Below are positions 42,945 to 53,252 of a DNA stretch of 64,000 nucleotides, piece after piece (within the stretch, counting starts at the first letter, position 1; each line of letters starts with the position of its first letter). Made by a program: the position numbers and the translations under genes. The stretch is from Macrostomum hystrix (lineage: Eukaryota > Animalia > Platyhelminthes), in NCBI GenBank assembly GCA_950097015.1, contig CATNEN010000039.1, positions 1,550,001 through 1,614,000 of the forward strand. Reading direction: 5' to 3'. The notes below the pieces were generated by a model. The model worked only from the letters and a program-made list of their open reading frames with translations. It was not told the origin of the DNA and searched no databases.

Positions 42945-43652
42945 AGCAGCAACTAAGAACTTATTCCCCCCAGCAACTGAGAACTTATTCCCCCCCAGCA
43001 ACAGAGAACTTATTCCCCCCAGCAACAGAGAACTTATTCCCCCCAGCAACTGAGAACTTATTCCCCCCAGCAACTGAGAACTTATTCCCCCCAGCAACTG
43101 AGAACTTATTCCCCCCAGCAACTGAGAACTTATTCCCGCCCAGCAACTGAGAACTTATTCCCCCCAGCAACTGAGAACTTATTCCCCCCAGCAACTGAGA
43201 ACTTATTCCCCCCCAGCAACTGAGAACTTATTCCCCCCCAGCAACTGAGAACTTATTCCCACCCAGCAACTGAGAACTTATTCCCACCCAGCAACTGAGA
43301 ACTTATTCCCCCCAGCAACTGAAAACTTATCCCCCCCACCAGCAACTGAGAACTTATTCCCACCAGCAACTGAGAACTTATTCCCCCCAGCAACTGAAAA
43401 CTTATTCCCCCCAGCAACTGAAAACTTATCCCCCCCACCAGCAACTGAGAACTTATTCCCACCAGCAACTGAGAACTTATTCCCCCCAGCAACTGAAAAC
43501 TTATCCCCCCCACCAGCAACTGAGAACTTATTCCCCCCAGCAACTGAGAACTTATTCCCCCCCCAGCAACTTAGAACTTATTCCCCCCAGCAACTGAGAA
43601 CTTATTCCCCCCCCCCAGCAACTGAGAACTTATTCCCCCCAGCAACTGAGAG
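42945..43652. repeat. 24-25-bp minisatellite
   Basis: CAGCAACTGAGAACTTATTCCCCC(C), about 28 copies. Confidence 0.95.
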
Positions 43653-44759
43653 CTAATGCCCGCCAGCAGAAGTGAACTAATGCCCCCAGCTATTGCCCCC
43701 CAAGTTCACTTAAGTCATTGAAATTTAGCCAAGACTATCCCTGCTTCGAGCTGAATAGGCTAAAATATACCCTCCACTGTGCCTGAACCCGCTCGCTCAG
43801 CTGCCTTTAGTCCATGGCCAAAGTCTTTGATAAAGTCTTTGATGGGGTGTGTTTACTGAGCTTCAGCTGAGCTTTGCCACAGAGCGGCCACTGCGACCAC
43901 TGCGGCGAATGCGGCGACTTTTGTGGCAACAGTTCACGACTTTCCCTACCGGACTATACATGCTTATAAGTTTTACGCAATTGTTATCCGTTGTGTTATA
44001 ACAAAAGCCAAAGGCCTGAAATGTTGGAGAGAGCGGCAGGAGTCGCAGTTCAACCTTTCAGAGGTAATTAGTAACCAGCAAAGCTCAATAAAAGCTGCAA
44101 CTTACGTCGTAACCTCCATTTGCAATATGAATACTGAAACTGACGCACTCTGCGACTGCCACGCATCTTCCATTCCTAAAATATGCACCACTGGATTTGC
44201 TCATAAGATAATGGTAGCACATAACGCCACTCACAATCGGAAAGTCTGAAATTGAAAATTAAAACTGCAATAGTCAAGCTCACAGACTGACAAAGTTCAA
44301 TAAAACTAGTCCAATATCAAGCAGTTTTGGAACTCTAATTAAATGAATAGAAAGGTTTAGTACCAACCACAGACGAGCAACACTAGCGAAGTCAGTAACA
44401 GTGCCGGCAGCTTGTTCATCTTTGGGGTTGATTTCTGAGTTTAGTGATTGCTTGCTGGGGTAGACTGCTAAGTTTAGTTTTACAAAAAAATTGATCTTGT
44501 CCTTCAGCTAAATATAAATATGTCCTTCAGTAGAGATAAATACGCTCATGTAGACCCTCCGCTGTGCCTGTACCCGCTCACTCAGCTGCCTTTAGTCTAT
44601 GGCAAAAATGAATGAGCGATCGAATCTTGCAGGTTTCACTTTTAACCTACTAAAACGAGTTAACGTATCGCTTGACGAGGCTTTTATTTTATTTTGTAGA
44701 ATGCCTAAATATCTATGGTATTGTTTTTTTCCTACCATTACATTATATATATTAATATA

Positions 44760-46171
44760 CACTCAGCAACATTTAAAACGCAACACTCTAACTAGAAGAA
44801 AAATCAACTCACCCAGAAGAGTCAAAGCGCATAGTCTATGGTTCAAATCGAGCTTCAGAAACGCGTGTAGCTTCCTCTACAACACTCTAACTAGAAGAAA
44901 AATCAACTCACCCAGAAGAGTCAAAACGCATAGTCTATGGTTCAAATCGAGCTTCAGAAACGCGTGTAGCTTCCTCTACAACACTCTAACTAGAAGAAAA
45001 ATCAACTCACCCAGAAGAGTCAAAGCGCATAGTCTATGGTTCAAATCGAGCTTCAGAAACGCGTGTAGCTTCCTCTCGCAAGTAACAGGGCGATGACTAT
45101 GGACTGTTTTCAGATAGAGTGATCCAGCTGAGAGAATGGTTCAACAGATGACAGACGCGGAAAGATGGCGAGCAGTCGGAATGTTGGAAGCAGGTTGTAC
45201 TCTTCGAACAGTTGCGAACCACTTCGGGAGGTCGCCTTCAACAGTTTTACGTCTGCTACAGAAGAGCAGAGCCACTGGAAGCGTGGCTCACGCGAGAAAA
45301 GGTACGGTGCTTCACCAACTTCGCAGTACAACAGCGAGGGCAGATCGACGCCTGATGAGAATAGTGCGTGGAAACCCCACACGGAAACCCCACAGGATTG
45401 CGGTCAAGAAAAATGCAGAGGAGGCCGCGCCTGAGTCCTGCACATGTCGCTAACAGGGAACTGTGGGTCATGCAGCGGGCGCACTGGCGGCAAGGACAGT
45501 GGCAGCGCGTTATCCTTACAGACGAGAGTCGGTTTCGTCTTTTTCGCAGTGATGGTCGAATTCGCGTCTGGCGTGAGCCACGGCAAGAGCTTCTGCAGCA
45601 GCACGTGCAATGGGCAGGGACCCTCCGTGTGGGCAGGGATTTCAATGCGAGGCAGGACCCAGCTGGTTTTCTTAGACGCAAACGTGAACGGCGATGAGTA
45701 CGCTCGTTTGCTGCAGACGCATCTGCTCCCTTTTGTTAACAACCACTTTGGTGGCGTCGCAAACTGCATACTGCAGGACGATAATGCACCGGCGCACCGG
45801 GCAGCAGCTGTCAGCGAACTCAAGGACCAGCTGCACCTGCGTACTCTTCGGTGGCCTTCAAGATCCCCTGATATGAACCCAATTGAACATGTCTGGGACT
45901 TTATCAAGCGGAGTGTTCAACGGCAGAATCCGCCGCAGACAGTCGCTGAACTGCGAAACGCTGTTGCTAACGCGTGGCAGGAAATTCCCCAGGACTTTTT
46001 TCGACGCCTTGTTCTGGGAATGCCACGTCGAGTCAACGCCCTGTTACTTGCGAGAGGAGGCTACACGCGTTTCTGAAGCTCGATTTGAACCATAGACTAA
46101 GCGCTTTGACTCTTCTGAGTGAGTTGATTTTTCTTCTAGTTAGAGTGTTGCGTTTTAAATGTTGCTGAGTG
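44760..46171 (+). mobile_element. Tc1-family (DD34E) DNA transposon with 140-bp TIRs
   Basis: TA|CACTCAGCAAC...GTTGCTGAGTG|TA. Right TIR spans 46032-46171. The left TIR has a 99-bp internal unit triplicated (starts 44781, 44880, 44979). Confidence 0.93.
45136..46076 (+). pseudogene. Frameshifted Tc1 transposase
   Basis: Three frames: HTH (RWRAVGMLEAG..VANHFGRSPSTV), ILTDESRF..DGRIRVWR, and QDDNAPAH-..-WPSRSPDMNPIEHVW with 34 residues between D and E. Confidence 0.92.
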
Positions 46172-46344
46172 TAGACTGGCTAATGAGGACTTAAATCATG
46201 GATGAAGGAATGCATCCTTCCTGTATTCATACATATTGTATTCCTTCATCCATGACTGAAATGAAATGAAACGACGAGGCGCTTCGCGCTACGCGCCTCG
46301 TCGTTTCAGTTCATTTCAGTCCTCATCAGCCAGTCTAAATTAAT
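46172..46344. mobile_element. Tiny non-autonomous Crypton-like foldback element (left tip 44751-44759 displaced by the Tc1)
   Basis: Terminal IR TAGACTGGCTAATGAGGACT/AGTCCTCATCAGCCAGTCTA encloses two hairpins (46196-46255, 46255-46320). The second carries GCGCTACGCGCCTCG. Confidence 0.65.
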
Positions 46345-46932
46345 GTTATGGGAAGGCTGAAGCGTGGACGCACAACATCGTTTCACATCAGTGGAAACTG
46401 TCTATCGTTGAAAAACCTTTTGCTATGTACTTTGTGCCGGTTTCGTTGTCCGCGGAGACTGTCTATGGGTGAAACCCGAATAGCATTTGAAGCGCTCTTC
46501 TCCTGGTGGGTGGGGGAGAAAACAAATGATTAAAAACTATTTTAAGATTCGGAATTAACCGTGATTCAGATCATGGATGTTTAATGTGCATTCTAGGGTT
46601 AGAAGTCTTAGAAAGTTAGAAAGACTTTTTACCATAGAATGCACATTAAACTACAGTGATCTTAAATGAAATCCGAATTGCAAAGCCCCGACTGGGGGTG
46701 TGGGGGCAAAGCCCCGACTGGGGGTGCGGGGGCAAAGCCCCCACATTGGAAGTTGGAACCATAGACAAATTTTCCATAAATCTAAGACAGTATTAGCTAG
46801 ACGAAATCCGAATTACTTTCTTTTGTAGCCTTCTCTTAAACCACACCGCGATGAAAGAAGAATTTGATAGCGACAATTATTATTATTTATTCGATCCAGC
46901 CCCTGCTGGAAATGCAGTTCCGCCGCCCCTAG

Positions 46933-47144
46933 CTCGGAAACGCTAAAACACCTAGCTCTCGTTTCGGTGAGTTGCTTGATGAGACCACTTTGAAGCGCAG
47001 AATGCTAGAGAGCTTACCGGAGTCTACACGAGCAAAAGAAAAGTGGGCGATGAATGTGTTCCGGACGTGGAAGGAGAATTGTGTCCAACTGCAAAAGCAA
47101 GGCAGTTGGCAAACGATACCACGGTCCGTCTGCAAAGGTGGCTA
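46933..47144 (+). pseudogene. N-terminal fragment of a third Crypton/DUF3504-type tyrosine recombinase (YR-C)
   Basis: Frame not in the ORF track: SRFGELLDETTLKRRMLESLPESTRAKEKWAMNVFRTWKEN. This is the RF...P.ST..K..WA..VF..W motif that precedes DUF3504 in Crypton/ZMYM-like proteins, and it aligns with DSLPRSTKEQ in YR-A. Confidence 0.65.
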
Positions 47145-47803
47145 GATTCGCTTCTTTGTTTTACATTACATTACATTACATTACATTACATTACATTAAA
47201 ATGTTTTACAGGGTACGTCTCCTGTAGCTGAGGCTAATCCAGGCATGCACGTAAGTGAGCCTGTCGCTTCTTGAGATTCCAGCGCTTCTATTACTGACCA
47301 TGGTGTCAAGTCTATCATCATTGATCGAGCTAAAATCGAAATTCAGTTTACGTGAGTTTGTGAAGCGTTTAATGCACTGCCTATTATTGAAACAAACTAA
47401 ATATGTTTCCTATATAATCCTACCAATTCTCTATAGTTTTGCTAGAAAATTTGTCTTTGTTGCTTCGTTATACAGTATAAAATGCTTGTTATTTTTGTTG
47501 CGCTTAAATACACTGTTTAGTTCTGTTTAGTCTATGGTTCAAACTGCTTTCATTTCGGGACCATCAAATGATTTGATGGTCTTCATTTTGGAGCCCAGTA
47601 TATAATTTGTCTAGGGCCAAAATTTATTCCCCAAAATAAATGGGGAATATTATAAGGCTTCAGCAACGTAATATGGTATAAACGATCACTCAGCGATAAT
47701 GGCATGTCTATGGCACAAACTGCGCCAATCCGCCATGAGCCAGAAGCTGACAAAATTTGGACGCTTATATTTGTTTCTTTAAATTATCAATTAAAGTATT
47801 TTA

Positions 47804-48058
47804 CCAACCGGTAAAAGCATTATAAGGCTTCAGGCCATAGACAAATCAACTCCCCCTATAACGCCGTTGCTTGTCGACCGACAGCCGCCAGATAGCGTTA
47901 TAGGGGGAGTTGATTTGTCTATGGCCTGAAGCCTTATAATGCTTTTACCGGTTGGCTGCCTCGCAGTTAATGGCGATTACGATCTCGGCGCTACGCGCCT
48001 CGATCGACCGCCATTAACTTGCTCGGCACCCAACCGGTAAAGTTCCATTATCCATTTA
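47804..48058. mobile_element. Crypton-like double-hairpin module
   Basis: Perfect 61-bp IR (47804-47864 / 47895-47955) overlapping a second hairpin (47944-48041) whose loop is CTCGGCGCTACGCGCCTCG. Confidence 0.7.
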
Positions 48059-48351
48059 GAAATGAATGTAAGAATATATACCGGCTATTGCGCGCTGCGC
48101 GTCCTCGTTCACAGCCATTGATACTCTCAATAACCGGTATATATTTTCATTGTCACATTATTTCTCTTATTATTTCTCGTTGTGTAATTTTGTGATTATC
48201 AAACGCCAACTTTTCAACATCTACCATAGACTATGGTGGAACTGCGAGTTTATTTTTCATATCAACGAGAAATCAGCTTCAATGGTTAAGCAATGAACAG
48301 TTTACAGTTTTTAGTTGTTTATAGTTGCAATTCTCAATGACGCAGATGTCT

Positions 48352-49772
48352 CTAACCATTCAAGTTGAAAGTGCAGCCAGAGAAATGACAATCCGTGAAG
48401 ATAGTTGAGACGTTCTGCCTACTAAGTGTAATGTTCTGGTTACTCACGTCCATCGTGCTTGACGATCCAGCGTTAGATGGCTGATCAGTCCTAACCAATT
48501 CTGTGTTCGTACGAGAATCACTTGATTGCAAAGCTTCCCCCACAGTCGTAGCCATGTCTCGCAGCGTGTGGTCACGTTTCCTCGATAGATACCGCCGAAC
48601 TGTCGACTCAGATTGATGTCCCGTGATATTCATGATGTCGGACAGAGTATAGCCAGCTTCGTGTAGATCAGCCGTCCTAGTTACTCGAATGCAATGGTTC
48701 GTATACTTTTTGCTGAGCTCACACAGGGTGCTTAATCGAGTCATGAACGATCCTAACCAATTGATCCCACGAACCTGCTTAGTTGAAAACTGCAGCTGTC
48801 CTTCTTTATTTGCCATCGGTCTTGGAAAAAACGAATTGTCCTTGGTTTCGTTGGGCAGGACTTGAAGGTAGGTCTTAATGAGTTCATACTGACCGCCATA
48901 GATTCTCGCTTGCTTTGGGTTGAAACCTTTGGCCTTGACTGGATTGGCACTCTGGTTCTTGGTTCTGAGGTTAGGTAGCTCGTAATACTTCTTGCCGTCG
49001 CCGTCTTCTTTTTCTACGAGTATGTCTCTCTGACGAAGGTGTTGGAGGTGCTCTTGACCGCGCTCTCCCAAGACATACAATAAAGTGTAAATCACTTCAT
49101 CCTGTAGTCGTTCTCCAGTCGAGCGATCAAAGTAACTGGACAACTTGGTTAGATCGGCGCGCTCTATCGGTTCGTAACGCTTCACGCTCCCGCCTTTAGA
49201 ATGAAAATCCCGCACCTTAACTCGAAGCATGCGATTGGCAGTAGCAAAGTTAGGATCATCGACGATGTTGAGTTCACGCTTGATAATGAAGTGAAAAAAT
49301 CGCTGGATGCCGGCCCGAATGCAGACCAAGCTAGATGGCGAGTACGACTCTCCATTCGGTTTAGAAAGCCGAAAGTAGTAGAACCGCAGGTGCTCGTTGA
49401 GGCTACTGGGCTCCATTGTTTTGAGACTTTCAACAGGATGACCCAAGTCACTCATGTAGCTGGCAAACGCTTTGCCATAAAGGAACATTTGCTCCTTGGT
49501 CGATCTTGGTAGAGAATCCACCTCGGCCTTGTCCATGACATCAGTAGCAACAGAAGCTCCATCCTCTTCACATTCCGGCAGATCGACACCAAGCAGTTCA
49601 TCGTCAGATCGTGAATGATCGGTAATGAAGTTAATAAAGTCCTCCAGCTGATTGTCATCTCGCGGTGATTGTCACTGCTCAGCTCCGCAATGAATGAGTA
49701 TTCGCTGGATGAAACGCCATCGAGACTATCAACCGGCAGATGAGACCAATTGATAAGATGCGTAGCGGTCAT
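48352..49772 (-). CDS. Crypton-type (DUF3504; KCTD1/QRICH1/ZMYM-related) tyrosine recombinase YR-A; 394-aa ORF from 49536, N-terminal extension separated by one frameshift near 49660
   Basis: LRFYYFRLSKPNGESYSPSSLVCIRAGIQRF, and a complete catalytic set: R (GERGQE), K (TKNQ), HxxR (NHCIR), H (ITGHQS), Y (VRRY). Confidence 0.9.
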
Positions 49773-50194
49773 GTTTAAGGCAGGCAAGCGAAGACGGCTT
49801 AAAATGAAAAACTGAGAAGTCTACGCTGTAACTTCGAACATTTAAGACCAAAGTTTCTGACGAATTACCATAGACGGTATCTAAATTTAGTCATGCATTA
49901 TCAACCGTTTGATAATGGCTTCGCCACTCGTGACTTTGAGCATTATCAAAGCCTAAAACCATAGACACAACTAACCATTATCATATAGACTATCGTTTTT
50001 AATGCATTTTTTAATGAAGCTGCTAAGTCACGATAAATTGCCATAGATTATGAGCGAGAAATTCACAGTTTTTATTAATTTAAGCAACAAGAACTTTAAC
50101 AGTAAACAGATCGAGGATATAGCAAAGCAAACGAATACCAAAGTATTTAATTTTCGACAGTTAAGACTTATAAGTACGAGCTATATATTCTTTG

Positions 50195-51543
50195 TTAGAA
50201 GTTGAACGTGCACCCATCGAAGAGGCAGTTGGCAAACATCGGCTGTTGCACACTTCGCATGTCAACTTGAGCTTGCTGCATGACTGTTGCACTAGTGGTT
50301 GCACTCGTAGTCGCCTCGGTTGGTGGGGCCAAATTGTCACTAACAGCGGTAGCAACCTTCCTGGGGGTTCTGTCACGCTTGCGTGCGAGATAACGTCGAA
50401 CAGTGGACTCCGATCGTTGTCCCGTTACCGCCATTATCTCACCCATAGGCATTCCTTTGTCAAAAAGATCCGCAATACGCGTGACGCGTATGCAGTGATT
50501 CGTGTACTGCTTGGAGAGGTTGCACACACTACTAACGTGCTTCATGAATGCAGCCAACCAATTGACACCGCGCACTTGCGTAGCAGAGAAGCGAATTTGT
50601 CCTCCCGAATTGTTAGTCAGAGGGCGCGGAAAGAACGAGGACGAATGCTGCGGTAATAAACTCTGATAATGCAGGATCAACTCCCGCTGAGCGCCGTAGA
50701 TCCGACTCTGTTTGCGCTGATTTCCTTTGCATTTTGTTGGATCGCTACTCTGGTTTTTTGTCTTTAACAGCGGCAACACAAGATATGAATTCCCATCAGC
50801 GTCGACTTCTTCTTGAAGCGTGCCAAATTGCTATAGACTTGACAGGTGTTCTTGACCTCTCTCGCCCAGGACATACAGCAGCGTAAATAGTACTTCATCT
50901 TGCAACCGTTCAGCTGTAGAACGGTCAAAAAAGCACACATTTTCTGTAAATCACCTTCTTCTAATGGCTCGTGCTGATTGACAGTGCCTCCATCAGCATG
51001 AAAATGCCGCACCTTTACTCGCAGCATCCGGTTGGCAGTGTCGAACTCGTCACTAGAAATAATATTTGTTCGACGCTTCAGCACGAGAGTCAAGTACCTC
51101 TGCACTCCAGCACGAATGCAGACCAACGTAGCTCGCGAATAGCAACTGCCGTCAGATTTTTTTAGACAGAAGTAAAAGAACCTTAGAAATTCGGCCAAGC
51201 GACTGTCACTGATCACGCTCACATCCACAGCACCATGCTTCTTCAAAAACTCCACGAACATTTTGCCATACAGAAACATGTTTTCTCGTGTAGTTCTCGG
51301 CAGTTATTCCAGTTCGACAAAATCCATCGCACTGGGTAAATCAGATAGTTCTGGAAGCTCGACACTAGAAACCGCAGCGGCCTCATCAGCCATCTCGATT
51401 TTAGACAGGTAGTCGATAAAATCTCCAAGAATTTCATCGGAACTGTGGTTCACGGCGCTCAGTTCACTCAGAAAATCTAGTTCAGTAGACGAGACGCCAT
51501 CTAAACTGTCGACCGGTAGATTTTTCCAGTTGATAAGAGGCAT
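50195..51543 (-). pseudogene. Second Crypton-type tyrosine recombinase YR-B (disrupted paralog of YR-A)
   Basis: Colinear with YR-A from LINWxxLPVDSLDGVSS to FxxCxFxGCTFN. In-frame TAA at 51304-51306, frameshifts near 50940 and 50770, catalytic TGH changed to TGQ. Confidence 0.9.
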
Positions 51544-51823
51544 TTATAATTCGATTTCTCTCGCTTCTTGCTTCTAGTTCTTAACTTCCTAACAGACTTC
51601 ATGGTCGAGCTTTTCTTTTAGAGAACTGTATTCTAAAAATTGTCTATGGTCCGATTAGTCGCGGGGCTCTGCCCCCACACCCCCGCAAGGGAGCTGCGCT
51701 CCCTTTTAAACAGTCTATTTACAAGAGAAAAACTGTGTATCAGAAAACAGAGTATGGGATGGGATATACAAAGCAAGCTTTGTAATGGCAACCAGAGACG
51801 ATCAGTTAACAGGCTATTTCAGT

Positions 51824-52888
51824 TTAGTTGAAAGGTACCTCCTGGATGCATTGTGGGAAGCTCGGGTTGCAGTGAATTTCCCACCTGGCTACCTTCATTG
51901 GCGTCACAACTTGCAAAGAGTCTCGGCCCACTCGCTTCAGCAGAAAAATGCGCCATTCCACGCAGGTGACTCCATCAGGTCGGCCACCAGCTTCTTCCTC
52001 CACCAGTGCGGGGTCAGCGAGCTGCAGCTTGATCGAAGTCTTCACTGCACTATGAGCCATCTCACACGCGTTGAGAAACGGCGAGTAAGCGGGCAGCAAC
52101 TAAATTTCAAACTGATGGCGGTGCTGCTCCGGCACTGTCACACCACGATGAAAGCTTGGACCATCGCAGACTATGACGACTCTGACGGTGCCGATTTCCG
52201 GGATGACTTGCTCCACGAGGTCATTGATGAATTGTTAAAACCTCTCCTTTGTCCTTTGTCTCCTCCTCTGAAAAACTCACTCTTCACCAACCCAAGTGCA
52301 GATGACACGGCCAGACAGATGGAAAGATTTTGGACCCCTCTGTGTTGGGCAACGCCGTCTCACTTGCTGACCCCGTCGCGACCTTCCCTGTGATCTGCGC
52401 GTCCAGAGGTTGTACCCCGTCTCGTCTATATAGATTACCACCGTATCCAGTTGCAGTCCCGCCATGAATAGCGCATACTCGCGTCGCTTCTCTATCACCG
52501 CGGGAGAGTTCGCGCTCAATCGAATGTCGCAGTTCTTAGTGGCAATCTTAAATGTATACAGGGCTCCATCCAGAGCTCTGGCTATTGTCTTAATGGAGAC
52601 CGGTGGCTTGTCTGGAAGCTGAGCAGCGAGATTAGTCTGCAATGCTTTCAGTGTCGCCATCGGATTTTCATTTAAGAGGCCGGTGAGCACTTGGCGCATC
52701 TCGTCGTCCAGCTTGCAAGAGCCAATCTTCCGGCCTCCGCGCCGAAGAGCATCAATCCGACCTGTAGCTTCAAAAGTGGCAATGATGTGGCGAGCGGTTT
52801 TCAATTTGATGCCAAGAATTGTAGCGGCTAGACCAATATCCTGTCCTTCCGTCCACGCGGAGATCAAGCGTCTTCTATCAACGCTCAA
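51824..52888 (-). pseudogene. IS630-like (Gambol-type) DDE transposase pseudogene
   Basis: HTH, RRGGRK, VIYIDETGYNLWTRRSQGRS, then after frameshifts and stops VIVCDGPSFH...LPAYSPFLNACE (33 residues between D and E). Matching TIR pair not found. Confidence 0.85.
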
Positions 52889-53252
52889 ATGTTAACAAAA
52901 CTATAGACAGAATAACATAGAACTTATATGTTGGCTGAGATTGCTCGTCCCAAGCTGGGATAGCATGGTCTTAAAATGCATGTCTATGGTAAAAATTAGC
53001 AGCTTCAGTAAAAAAACCACAGTGACAAGATGGGCTGGCTGAGTTTGAATGTCCATTCGCTGAGATAGCCTGACAAAAGCCATACCATGACCTTTTTGCC
53101 CGGCGGGCAAATACCAAGCTATACCGAGTATAGCTTGGGCAAAAGCGTCTATGGTGCAATAAAAATTAATAGCCATGCTTTAAGGGCGTTAATGAAAAAT
53201 CAGAGGGCGCCGTTAGGAATTCGACCATAGACAACACGCGTAGTGTAACTAT

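Noticed and set aside
48352-49536. YR-A as a domesticated KCTD1/ZMYM/QRICH1 host gene, or part of a DIRS retroelement
   Set aside because: It is intronless, keeps the catalytic tyrosine, lacks BTB and MYM fingers, lies among hairpin modules and decayed paralogs, and has no gag or RT nearby.
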